DNA of 64,000 nucleotides, taken from NCBI GenBank assembly GCA_030265395.1, contig JARFYF010000051.1, positions 20,985,966 through 21,049,965 on the forward strand, in the 5' to 3' direction. The DNA is from Rhina ancylostomus. Its lineage: Eukaryota. The position numbers and the translations under genes were made by a program. The notes below the pieces were generated by a model. The model had not been told where the DNA came from and did not search any database. It saw only the letters and a list, made by a program, of their open reading frames with translations. Below, in pieces: positions 12,325 to 24,387 of the stretch (within the stretch, counting starts at the first letter, position 1; each line of letters starts with the position of its first letter).

Positions 12325-12770
12325 AGAATTGATATATGAAGAGAGATTGGATCAATTAGGTTTATATTCATAGAGTTTAGAGGAAAGTTTAGATGTGAGA
12401 GGAGTTCACATAGAAATCTACAAAATTCTAACAGAAATGGACAGATTAGATGCAGGAAGGATACTCCCAAGACTTGGGACCCAGAACCAGGGTCACAGTC
12501 TAAGGATAAATGTATTCCAGTCAAAACTGAAATGAGGACAAATTTCTCCTCCCAGAGAGTGGTAAACCTGTTGACTTCTCTGCTGCAGAAAACAGTTGAA
12601 CCCAAACAATTAAATATAGTCAAGAAGGAGTTAGATCAGACTAGAGAGATCAAGGGATATAGAGAGAAAGGTGGAACACAGCACTGAAACTGGATAATTA
12701 GTCATGTTCAAATTGAATAGTGGGGCAGGCTTGAAGGTTGAATAGCATACTCCTGCCCCTATTTTTTATG
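12325..12770 (+). mobile_element. CR1 LINE 3'-end fragment
   Basis: tatgaagagagattggatcaattaggtttatattcatagagtttaga (YEERL.. region), cagagagtggtaaacctgt, and a 3' UTR ending actcctgcccctatttttatg. Confidence 0.85.
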
Positions 12771-13399
12771 TGTCAAATAAGATAGACTGGCTGAAGGAAG
12801 GCTGTCCTGTAAGCAATGGACATGGTTCACGGAGATTGCTTCTGTGGATAATTTAGGACCACTTGACTTGGACTGATTCTATCAAAACCAAATCCTTTTG
12901 CTACTCATTGTTATTGGAGCCAAAATTCAGTCATAGATGAAACATAAATGTGACTGAACTCATATATTCTGCTGGTTCAAAGTTTCCAATGAATAAAAAT
13001 ATTAAATGTATTCTTAAAAAGAAAGGAAATGTTGTTATAATACTTAGAACAGAATATGTTTTCTCTCCTAATTCTTAGTATTATTTTGAATTTATTCAGA
13101 TTGCCTGTGTCAATTAATACGGCAATGTATCAAGGACTCTTTCAAAGTTCAAACTGACCCAAAGGGGCTAAGCATGGATCTATTAGATTTTCATGAACTG
13201 AGAATGTCTGGTTTGGACTTTGGATAAATGTGTGTACCAAATAATTCATGTCATTATGGCAGTAGATTGATTGGAAATCCAACAGACTGAGAAAGTTAAG
13301 TTTGCTGAGGTGAAAGTGAATTTGACAGCTGGTTTCCTGTACAAGTAATATCTGAACACATAATAATCATAAGTGAATCACATTGTTCACTCTATAACT

Positions 13400-13625
13400 A
13401 GACTTGGACTGTTCTCCTGTTCTCATCAAATGGAATGCCAAATGCTCTGCTTTGAAGAATATCACGTGGCAAATTGTTTCATCTGCAAGATCACATCTTC
13501 AACAATGTTGCACTCCCTCAGTGTTGCACTGAAATGTCAGCATAAATTATAATCTTCAAATGCCATAATCCCTGTCTTAGAGGGAAGGAGGGAAGAGTGC
13601 AGTCANNNNNNNNNNNNNCAGTCAT
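13400..13625 (-). mobile_element. Degenerate Deu-type (SacSINE1-like) SINE fragment
   Basis: gcactccctcagtgttgcactgaaatgtcagc resembles the segment at 48480-48530; family from recall. Confidence 0.4.
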
Positions 13626-13674
13626 TGTGTCTTAAGTAAAACTTCTAAAAATGAGTGAATTATTAAATAGCTCA

Positions 13675-13860
<186 letters not shown>

Positions 13861-14727
13861 TTATGAGCAATAGGGTAGGGAGTATTTTTACTTTTTCAGC
13901 ATATATTCAACATCACAAACAGACTGAGTCTTGAAGGATTCCATCCAAATATTGAAATCATTTTATTATAAATGAAGAGGGAAGTATAACTAGAGGCAGA
14001 AAAGCCTGAAGGAAGATCACTGATATTGAGTTCTGAATCATTGTCATCCCTTTCATCAAAGCACATGAGAGATGGGCCTTACACTCAACTCTATGAAACA
14101 AAGCTGCTCCCAGTGCCCTCTGACCCTGACCCATCCCTTTCCAACACACAAGCTGAATGCTGAACTCCAGTGGGAGTTTGCAAGGACAGTCAAATGAAGG
14201 TACACAGAAAATACCTCGCGAATGGCAGGCTGGAGATCCAGCCCCTGATTTAAATGAAATGGTAGCATGTAGTAGAAGCAGCTTTACCCTGCAAAGTCAA
14301 TACCCTACCCGGACTTGAACAACCTGGTAACCACAATGAATATCAGAAATTAATGGGATTCCATTCACAGCAGTGACAGTCTTGGTTTGATGACTGCGAA
14401 AACCCCCTCTCTCATGAAAACTTTCAGTCAGCAATAAAGAGCATGAATGAGATTTAGTTATCACCAATATTCAATGACTTGATGTAGTTCTTACTTCTGT
14501 TCAACCAGATAAATGCAAGGGAGAACTTAAGTCAATAACTCTTTGTAATGATCAGCTTCATCTATATAAATTGCCTTACAAATTAATATACCATGAGTGA
14601 TCCAATTAAAATAAAGAATTAACTGGATTATTTATTTATTCATTGAAAAAATAAAACTGTTAAAAAGTTCATCAGATTAAAACCGATTTATTGAAAATAA
14701 GATAAAGGCTTTGGAGCAGTGCCATAC

Positions 14728-14797
14728 CTTGAAGATGTGAACAGTCCGTAGACAAGCAGGCTCTTGGGATACTCTGTTTCTAATAAAAATACATCCT
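14728..14797 (-). CDS. sema3c: SEMA3C exon 10 (70 nt): (Q)DVFLLETEYPKSLLVYGLFTSS
   Basis: cag|AGGAT acceptor, AAG|GTATG donor; phases 1 and 2 fit the neighbouring exons. Confidence 0.95.
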
Positions 14798-15683
14798 CTG
14801 AGAGGGAGAAAAAAAACCATTCTTAGTCATTTGTTGATTCTGAAAATAATCCGGTGTTCAAAATGATAAATCCCAGGGCTGAAGTGGAACCAAAGGGTCT
14901 GAATAGTTGGATTGTTTTTCCATAAAATACAAGGCTCCTGTTATTAAACTTGCTGAGTTATATGGTGAAACCTCTTACAATAATTTTATAGGAATAAAAG
15001 AGTTTCCTTGATTCACTAATTTTCATCATCTAACTTAACAGACTCCCAAAATAGAGAAGTATAAATTGACAGAATTGATCTAACAAAAGGTGATTATTGT
15101 AAATAGAAATGCTGCATTAAAGGTTGTTTTAGAGAAGTACTCATCAAAGCAACCTGAAGTAATGGGTGTTGAACCCAGACTGCAGTTACAGCCTGTCTGA
15201 AGGATTGTTGTCAAATTTTGATTGTCTGTTCTGAAATAATAGAAACTGAAAAGGTCACCGGCAAGATTGGTAATAAGCATCCCAGAAATTAGCTTATTAC
15301 ATCCAAGTAAAATTTTCCTTTGGTTCCTGATATGTCCGACAGAAAAGTTTGGCAGGTTAGGTATTATTAGCTAGTAACTACATTAAGGATGGAAAGGTGC
15401 AGGGGAAAATTACAACAGATTCATAAGGGAGCTGGGTAGCTTTTTGCTAAAAGAAGCAATTGAGGAATAAAGGAGATAAACTTTCATATTTTTTTGAAGT
15501 TTGTTGCTGCAAGGTGGACTGTAATGGCTTTTCCTGAGTTCTTAACCACTGTCATCACTAACCTGTTCTGGCACAAGAAGACAGCCAACTCCATTTCTCT
15601 CACTGGAATCCCACTAAAGAAGGACTATTATAGATTAAGTAATAAAACATGTCAAACATAAAATAAGTTTATAAAATTGTTCA

Positions 15684-15803
<120 letters not shown>

Positions 15804-16564
15804 CTAGACAATAAAGGAAATTTATAGCAAATATGCACTGAAGGAAGACTTTAAGCATCTGTTAGAGGAAAGATAGATTCAACACTACCTCTATGTCCAA
15901 TAAATTACATCTATGACATAATATCCAAACCACAAAGAAACAGGATCCTGGGTGATTTAGAAATACTTCATACATCTGTAAGTTAAATGGCTTAAATAAT
16001 ACATATTTATTTTAATACAACCTGCAACGTGGAATATATGCACCCTTTCAAATTTGCTTCAGTCTTAAGAACCTCCCATCAAGCACAGACATGGACTCTG
16101 CTTTGCAGATATCCCTTTCGTCTGTGGTAGAAACATAAGCACCAATAATTATGGAGAGGAGGGAGGGTGTGGAGAAGTGGGATGGCAGAGTGGAAACCCA
16201 ACCTGGCCAGCACGCAGAGGATAGGCTGTGAGCCGACCAGTCATGGGCTGGGCACACAATGAACTGGAAAATGTGGCCAGTGACCCCAGCAGATGGCAGG
16301 CTAGAGTCTGGAGCTGGAAGAAGGGTAGACTGGCGATTCTGGTGAAAGGATAGACAGATCATGGTGAGCAGAAAGGTGGCTAAATGGTTTATTTGAGAGA
16401 GTCAGGTGATATACTTTTGCCATTGACAACTGCTTAGCAGATGGAAGTAAAGAGCCAGCAACTCCCAGTTCCAATTCTTTGCCAGGTTTCCTATGCCCTA
16501 GGAATTCTAGGTTGCAACTATCAGAGTCCAACTGTGCAGTGGGAGCTTGGTCTAGATTTTTAAG

Positions 16565-16565
<1 letters not shown>

Positions 16566-16616
<51 letters not shown>
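16566..16616 (+). repeat. Perfect (CA)25 microsatellite in intron 8
   Basis: Uninterrupted CA run of 51 nt. Confidence 0.98.
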
Positions 16617-16619
<3 letters not shown>

Positions 16620-17198
16620 AAGTATGAGATGGAAGAGCTTTGGGAGGGGTCTCCAGAGTGAGGATGCCCAGATGTCTGAGGGATTTTGTCAGTGGTGGTT
16701 GAAGGAGTTTGTGCATGGTGCTAGAGAGTGGAGAAGTGGAGTCAGATGGGTTCTTCCTACTTATTTAATCTCAGAGGAACTTTCTTCATTAATATCCACA
16801 GGTACTCAAAAATAATTGAACAGAAATTCAGAATAATAGCCATCTCCACATTCTTTATTTTTTACCCAACAGTCCTTCACAGTCAACATGTTCCTTCACT
16901 ACAATCACATGCCACAGAATATTTAAGCATTACACTCCATATTTCAGCTGCATCTTTCAATCCTCTAAGCAATTGAGTGATTTTGATTTTCTTCAAATGT
17001 CTAACCTTACTGGAGCTGTGTTAAATTTCAATTTACATTCATTTGAATTGAAAAATTAAATTTGGTTTATAATTTCAATTTCCAAGACAAGAAGAGCTTA
17101 GCTTATTGAGCAACCAAACAAACTGTCAGATGTAAATACAAAACATCCCACCCAGTAACATAATGAGATTTAAATCTACAGTGAGGTGATTTACTTAC

Positions 17199-17341
17199 AG
17201 GACATATTCTGGCAATCCTGGAATGAATTTGCTTGGTATTACCATTACCATCTGTCACCTTCTCCCGGAGGAAAAAGTACAGTTTTGCATCATTTGGGTC
17301 TGTGCCATCAGGAATGAATTGCGCATCCACAAATACAGGCT
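17199..17341 (-). CDS. sema3c: SEMA3C exon 8 (143 nt): (E)PVFVDAQFIPDGTDPNDAKLYFFLREKVTDGNGNTKQIHSRIARICP
   Basis: tag|AGCCT acceptor, CCT|GTAAG donor; lies inside ORF 17103..17348. Confidence 0.97.
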
Positions 17342-18298
17342 CTAACAACAGACAAATACAGCAGTAAATAGAAGATTAACAGCTTGTAGCTAACTTAAAG
17401 TAGAATTCAGAAATGAGATTTGATTGATTGTTTAAAGCCTTAGCATGAGTTAGGTTAACAGGGTGGGAAGAGTGTTAGCACACTTCAGGGAACACTGAAT
17501 GAGTAAATGATGGAAAAGGCACAGAAGGATACACTGCTAGGGTGAGATGAACAGCTTGGGAGGTGGGTTGGATGTGGCATCAACACCAACATGGGCTNNN
17601 NNNNNNNNNNNNNNNNNNNNNNNNNNNNNNNNNNNNNNNNNNNNNNNNNNNNNNNNNNNNNNNNNNNNNNNNNNNNNNNNNNNNNNNNNNNNNNNNNGCT
17701 AGTTGGACTGAATGGTCTGTTTCCAAATGGCAATATCTGTGTAATTCTGTGCAGGAAGGCATAAAATAACCTGAAAGATTTAAATAAAATGGTAACAGCT
17801 TAGCAGTAGTAGGATGTGCATCTACAACTTTTTGTCTCAGATGTGAGAAGTGCTAGTGAATGAGCTAAGCTGTAATGTTCTATAAAATGTAGTACAGTAA
17901 TCAAAATAATGGTTCATTATAATTTATTCATTTGAAGCAACCAGTAACAAAGCATAAAAAGCAACTCATTCTCAGTTCACAGTCACTTTCTTAATAATGC
18001 AACTTCAGGTCTGTTCCTTAAACCAAAAATAGCTGAATTGGACTCTTCAACCAAGTAGTACCCCTGGTCTCCAGGAAAATTTTTTACTATGAACAACAGG
18101 AGAAACATTCTTGGTTGTAGACCTGTGTCCAAAGCCGTAATGTGAAAATTCAAACAGAAGATGACTAACTTACTGACAAAAAAATATAGGCCATCTTCTG
18201 CTGGGTTGGTGCCATTAGGTACAGTTAAAAATATCCATTACAAGCAACATATCCTATGTCTAATTTGTATATAATGAGCCCTAATTAAGCATACCTAC

Positions 18299-18418
18299 CA
18301 CTTAACCACTTGGAATTGTGCTGATCTGTCCTTATACTATTTCTTTTTGTTAGACTGCGAAATATTGCTGCATCAGTGCCCATGAAGTCAATGTACACTC
18401 CAGAAAATAACTCCTCAT
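18299..18418 (-). CDS. sema3c: SEMA3C exon 7 (120 nt): (N)EELFSGVYIDFMGTDAAIFRSLTKRNSIRTDQHNSKWLS
   Basis: cag|ATGAG acceptor, GTG|GTAGG donor; DFMGTD and RTDQHNSKWL motifs. Confidence 0.96.
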
Positions 18419-18510
18419 CTGAAGAGAAAGTTACACCATTATAAGTATAGTTGAATTGTATTCGTTTGGAAGAAAATGATTGTTTTTCTATTTTTTTCTA
18501 CTCTACTCAC

Positions 18511-18601
18511 TGATCATAAAGGACACTGTGTCAACCTGAGGGTTAAATGAGCAGCGGCCCTTTCCCGATTCATTTTTTGATTCTATCATAAATATTTGAT
18601 C
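18511..18601 (-). CDS. sema3c: SEMA3C exon 6 (91 nt): DQIFMIESKNESGKGRCSFNPQVDTVSFMI
   Basis: cag|GATCAA acceptor, TCA|GTGAG donor; ESGKGRCSFNP motif. Confidence 0.96.
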
Positions 18602-20229
18602 CTGAAAAACAAAGTGGAAGAGGAAGTTCATTCACTGTCATAAGTTAAAACNNNNCAACCTGCAGCTGGTTATTATATGATTCAAGTAGAAAGAAAATAC
18701 AAAGTATTAGAGGGGTCTTAAGCTCAGGTCTCATCACAAGTATCTGGGGGAGCTTCCTGCTGGACCCTGCTGGTGCAGGTGAACTTTGAGCTGCTTTCTC
18801 CCTAGACAGCAGCACACAAATAAGTCCCTGCTGAGGACAGAGCGGCGTGGATAGGACAGGCGGGAACTGCGACAGTTTGGTGTAGATGACCAGATAGACA
18901 TGAGAATCGCAGGACAGTACTCCTGATCTTTTACATTCCACAGAAATAATTTTTTAAGTTCAAAACTAAAATCCCCATCTTCAGTTGGTGACTTCACTTA
19001 TCACAGAAGGATGCAGAGTGAGACCGATCTAGCACTTGCTCTATCCATCCCAGGACAGTTTTTCCAGGAAGCCCTATAAGTGGGAGTGCAGCCCTATATT
19101 TAGATTTGGTAATGAATTTAATCTATTTTTGGAACACCTCAAACATGGTTCAACACAATATCTGATCAGGTGTGTTTTGGGAGTGGTTCCTCCAATTTGT
19201 CCACATCTAAAGCACTGGTTGATCACTTTCTACCGTGCCACAAAGTTAGCCCCTAGATTTAGATTTGAATGCAGAAGTAGGTGGGGGGTGGGGTGGATTG
19301 TGAATTCAATGTAGTTAAAGGTTCACTTTCTCAAAGTCCAGCTGTATGAGGACTGGGGAAAAACACTTGAAACTGACAAAATCCACCTTCATTTTCTCAG
19401 GGGAAGATGAGGAGAATTTTATGTGTGGGAAAACCAATGTGATACTAATGGACAGATATCATGAGGGATAAGAACGAAAGCAACATTTCTCTTGATCTGT
19501 CTATTTTTGGTGCCTCAGCAACTTGGTGCAAATTTCACCAAATTGTGCCAAATCATTTAGCCTTACTAATTTCCATAGCCTTGACAAAGCCAGCAATAAT
19601 AGTTATCAAAAAGTATTCCTGTTCTGGGCTGGAGACATGAAGGCATTTAGTAACTTTAAATGCTCATCCCACTATTATTGCATACAATATATATTGGTTG
19701 CAATTTGACCCTGGGGTGCCTGGCACTCCATCTCTTTACCATTATCTCTTACTCAGTTTTAGTTTTTAAGTGTACCATTTGTCTAAGTAGCCGGTCTTAA
19801 GTAAATAAAAATGTCAATTTTATCTTTTGCACCAAATGTTTTATGTTTCCGTGTCCTATTAAATAATCTAAGATTGTTCAGGCATTGCATAACTTGCTGT
19901 TGCCTGTCTCAGTTAGAACGACAGAATGATAAGAAACTGGGAACAGTACTTCAAGTGAATCCTAGGCATGCATTGATGGACAATTGATTATCTTGTGCAA
20001 TCAGTGTCACTGCATGTTTGGAAAAGGCCACAGGTTGGTTGCCGGTGGCAAAAAGCAAAATCCCAACATACTAAGTACTACTATAATGAAGAAAAAAAGG
20101 ATAATTTAGTTTAGCTGAATAAATTGGAATTTTCTATTCGGCACAGCTGGTATTTCCTGGAATAATGGTTCTACATTTACAGGTACATGAAGAAGGGTTT
20201 CTTTTAACAATTTCTGTAATATATCCAAT

Positions 20230-21750
20230 AAGTTCTCTTTTAAACATGAGATAGTGAGAGATCGGGGTGAACATGTTCCCTTAAGGGTGAAAGCTAAGGA
20301 TGAAAAGATTAGGGAACCTTGGAATGACAAGGGACATCAAGGGTTTGATGAAGAGAAATAAAGAAGCATATGGCAGGTATAGTGGCTGAAAACAGGAAAG
20401 ATCCTTGAAGAGTGTAGGAGAGAATTTCAAAAAGAAACTAGAAGGTCAAAGAGGGGCAATGAAATATCACTGGTGGATAAGATTAAGAAAAGTTCAAAGG
20501 CACTTTGTAATTAAATTAGGAGCAAGAGGGTAATGAGAGAAAGGGTAGGCCCCCTTAGAGACTGAAGGGGCAATCTGCGTGTCGAGCCAAGAGACGTGGG
20601 TGAAGTCTTAAGTGAATATTTCTCATCTGTATTCACCAAGGAGAAACACACTTGTAGATTGAGATTTTAGGGATAAGGACAGTGATATTCTAGAACATGT
20701 TAGCAGTAAGGAGGAGGTGGTGTTAGATGTCATGGAGCGCATAAAGGTGGATAAATCCCCAGGGCTTGATCAGATGTATCCCAGGCTACCATGGGAGACA
20801 AGGGAGGCTGGGCCCTGATGAAGATTTTTATATTTTCACTAGCCACATGCGAGGTGCCAGATGACTGGAGGATAGCAAATGTGGTTCCTTTATTTAGGGA
20901 GGGCAGCAGAGATAAGCCAGGTGACTACTGGCCAGTGAGTCTTAAGTTAGTGCTAGGGATATTATTGGGAAATTGAAGAAGATTTATTTACACATGGAAA
21001 GGCCAAGATTGATTAAGAATAGACAGCATGGCTTTGCTTGTGGGAGAATCTGTCTCACTAACTTGAGTAAAGTTTTTGAAGAGGTGACTAAGTAGATTGT
21101 TAAGGGCTGTGTGGTAGATGTTGTCTACATAGACTTTAGTAAGGCTTTGACAAGGTCCCACATGGTAGATTGGTCCAAAAGGTTACAGCCCATGGGATCC
21201 AAGACAAGCTGGCAAACTGGATCCAAAATTTGCTTAGTAATAGGAGGCAGAGGGTGGTGGTGAGGGGTTCCTTTTCTGATGAAGTCTGTGACCAGTGGTG
21301 TACCTGAGATTGGATGGGCTCCAGAGGTTGGATAGGCTGGGATTGTTTTCCTTGGAAGGGAGAAGGCTGAGATGTTACCTGATGGAGATACACAAAATTA
21401 TGAAGGGAAAGATCAGGTGGATAGTCAGAATCTTTTTCTGATGGTGGGAGTATCTAAAATAAGAGAGCATAAGTATAAACTGAGAAGTAGGTGGTTTAGA
21501 GAGGATATGAGGGGAATGTTTTCACACAGAGACTGGCTGGAATCTGGAACACACTACATGAGGCAGTGTTGGAGGCAGGTACTCTCACAATGTTTAAGCA
21601 GCATCTAGACAAGTACTTGAATGGCCAAGACATAGAAGGCCACAGACCAAATGTTAGTAAATAGGAATAGTATAGATAAGTGCAATGGTAAACATGGACA
21701 TGGTGGGCCAAAGGGCCTGTTTCTGTGCTGCCCAAATCTGACTCCATGAA
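20230..21750 (+). mobile_element. CR1 LINE, degenerate ORF2 with an internal deletion plus 3' UTR
   Basis: EVPDDWRIANVVPLF...PGDYWPVSL, QHGF, VDVVYIDF, WIQNLL and VTSGVP, then a jump to LDRLGLFSLE; 3' UTR ends gggccaaagggcctgtttctgtgctg...ctccatga. Confidence 0.9.
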
Positions 21751-22087
21751 TTTAGATATTATTTAAAAACAAGATGAGTCAATTTCATGCGTTTTCCTCA
21801 AACTATAATTTTCCCTTATAACCATCAAATTCTTGAATACATTGCGCCACATGTCAGCAAATAACTTCCCGCTACATTACACAGTAACTGTACAATTCAA
21901 TAATCAACCACTTGAAGTATTTGAGATATTTCTGGAAGACAAGACAATGCATAAGTGAAAGTCTTTCTGAGACACTGGAAATATACAGGAAATTGAATCC
22001 ATAGCAGTAATTACGGGGATTAGAATGCAGCATTCATTTGGTCAGTTCCAGATTCAATGCAGCTATCTGTAGCTTATATAATGTCTA

Positions 22088-22288
<201 letters not shown>

Positions 22289-22659
22289 TTACATATGAAT
22301 CAAAAAAAAATATTTTTATCAATAGGTAGTCACAGTTGAACTAAATGATTCTGCAAGACAGATAAAAGAATTTTCAAACATATTGAGTGATGTCTGAAAA
22401 TTGTAATTTTTCCTTGTTTGCCTATGAAATTTAATTCCATTGACTTCATACTTATTGTGCTCCCAACCTTCAGAGTATAGTTTTTTTTAACTTCAGAGGA
22501 GCTGCATATAATCTCTGCCAGGTCACTTTTGTCAATAACATTTAAATGGGTGTTTTGCTTCAGTGCTTGTAAAGAGAACAATTTGGGGAGGAGATAAGTC
22601 CAGAACTGGCTAAAACTCAATATTATAATAGATTGAAAAAAATGTTAGAGGTATTAGTT

Positions 22660-23525
22660 AACCTGAAAGAGGTGAGATAGAACAAATTCAAGGATCCTGA
22701 GGGAAATGGGGGAAGAAAAAGCAGATGTTTCCATGGAGAATGGAAATGCGATGCAAGGTTGAAGAGTGACTTTTGCAGATCAAGCTAACCCAGGTAATTA
22801 CAGGCCAGTCAGCTTAACATCTGTTGCAATTATGTGGAAGAGTAGAGGGATTTGAGAATCAGGTTCATAAGATGCAGAAACAGATTTTCCAGGGACTAAG
22901 GATATTTTANNNNNNNNNNTGCAAATACTGTGTTTTATGGTAATAGGCATGGAAGATAGAAGTTAATATACAGTGGTCAATCTTCATCAAATCGCATGAT
23001 TATGTGCAGTATTCTACAATAGACAAAGGTGGTTAATGCAATTATGAGGGTATAGAATATATTCATGAGGGTGTGCGTATGAAGCAACATACTACGATAC
23101 AAAGAAAGCTCAGAAAATTGGATCCATTTTCATTTGAACAAGGCGGTGTATTGGTAATTTGAGCAATATGTTTCAAACTAAGAACAGATAGGACACATGA
23201 ACTGAAAATGATTGCTTCTCATGGTTGAAGAATGTAGAACAAGGGACATATTATGATATATTAGATGAAATGGAAGAGATTTAAGGACGGGAGTAGGGGA
23301 GATATATTTACACAGAAGGTTGAGAGACTGTGGAATTCATTACGAGATTTAGTGACTGAAGTAGAGACCATGCTGACATTTAAGCATTTGATAGGTCATT
23401 GAAGGAAAGTGGAATAATAAAATATGGGAATAGGCACATGGGATTAGAATTACTGCTCATGTGGAGGACAAATATTGACACGGACTGGTTAGGCTAAATG
23501 GGCCAATTCCATGTTGTAATTCTAA
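22660..23525 (+). mobile_element. Old, heavily deleted CR1 LINE
   Basis: aacccaggtaattacaggccagtcagcttaacatct (PGNYRPVSLTS) and tttacacagaaggttgagagactgtggaattcattac (FTQ.V..WNSL), followed by a CR1-like 3' UTR. Confidence 0.7.
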
Positions 23526-23590
23526 GTAATACCATGTCTGTCAAAAAAAAAATCATCACCACATGGAGGATCTGAACATTTGCTACTTAC

Positions 23591-23653
23591 GTTTGGATCT
23601 TTGCCAGCCATTTTGCATTCATCCACTTTATTGCTTGATGCTGGCCAGTGAAC
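23591..23653 (-). CDS. sema3c: SEMA3C exon 4 (63 nt): VHWPASSNKVDECKMAGKDPN
   Basis: cag|GTTCAC acceptor, AAC|GTAAG donor; lies inside ORF 23522..23728; ECKMAGKD motif. Confidence 0.96.
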
Positions 23654-24226
23654 CTGATGAAAGATATTGCAAGACTTCAACACACCATTAAAACAATTCA
23701 GGACACAGTAAATAAGCATTGCAATCAATGTGAATCCAGCTCTGCAGTCTGCTTATTGTGGATTGTTTTTGTCTTATGGAAATGGAAAATCAGTTAGAGG
23801 AACAGGCCAATTGGAAAATTTGAATTGAAGAGAGCCTTTCTGTTCATGCTATAAAAAATAGAATGGCAACATGCACAGCTGTTAGAATCAATCATCTTTG
23901 GGTACCTTATGTAAATCAGTCCTTTATTTTCAGTTTATATGGAAAGTATTTTTGTTATACAGTTTGGATGTGTTGACATGATTATTGGTTGGAATCTCTT
24001 CAAAAGCTGCTTCTGAATTTCTTGGTTTAGCTGCATCTCTTAAACCAAAGGGAAAATATGAGAGAAAGCTTCCTGTCATAGTTATGGTTGGATATATTTC
24101 TGGGTGGTCCATAGAATACTTAGTTGCATCAGTGCTTTATCAAAGAGCAGATGGAAATCTGATAGTAACAGAATAAATCAAAAGTCATTTCCATCATCCA
24201 AAAAAACTTCAAGAGATGAAACTTAC

Positions 24227-24387
24227 AGAAAGAGGATTCTGGCTGATATTGTTTACATTGAGAGACAGAATGTGATCTTTAGAGCCTATATACAAGCGGT
24301 CTTGATCTTCATCCATGAGTAGGATTCTATAATCCAAGGGATTCAAGGACAAACTGTAAAACTGAGATGTACGAGTGGCCTTCAGGT
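24227..24387 (-). CDS. sema3c: SEMA3C exon 3 (161 nt): (D)LKATRTSQFYSLSLNPLDYRILLMDEDQDRLYIGSKDHILSLNVNNISQNPLS
   Basis: tag|ACCTG acceptor, TCT|GTAAG donor; LDYRILLMDEDQDR motif at the start of the Sema domain. Confidence 0.96.
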
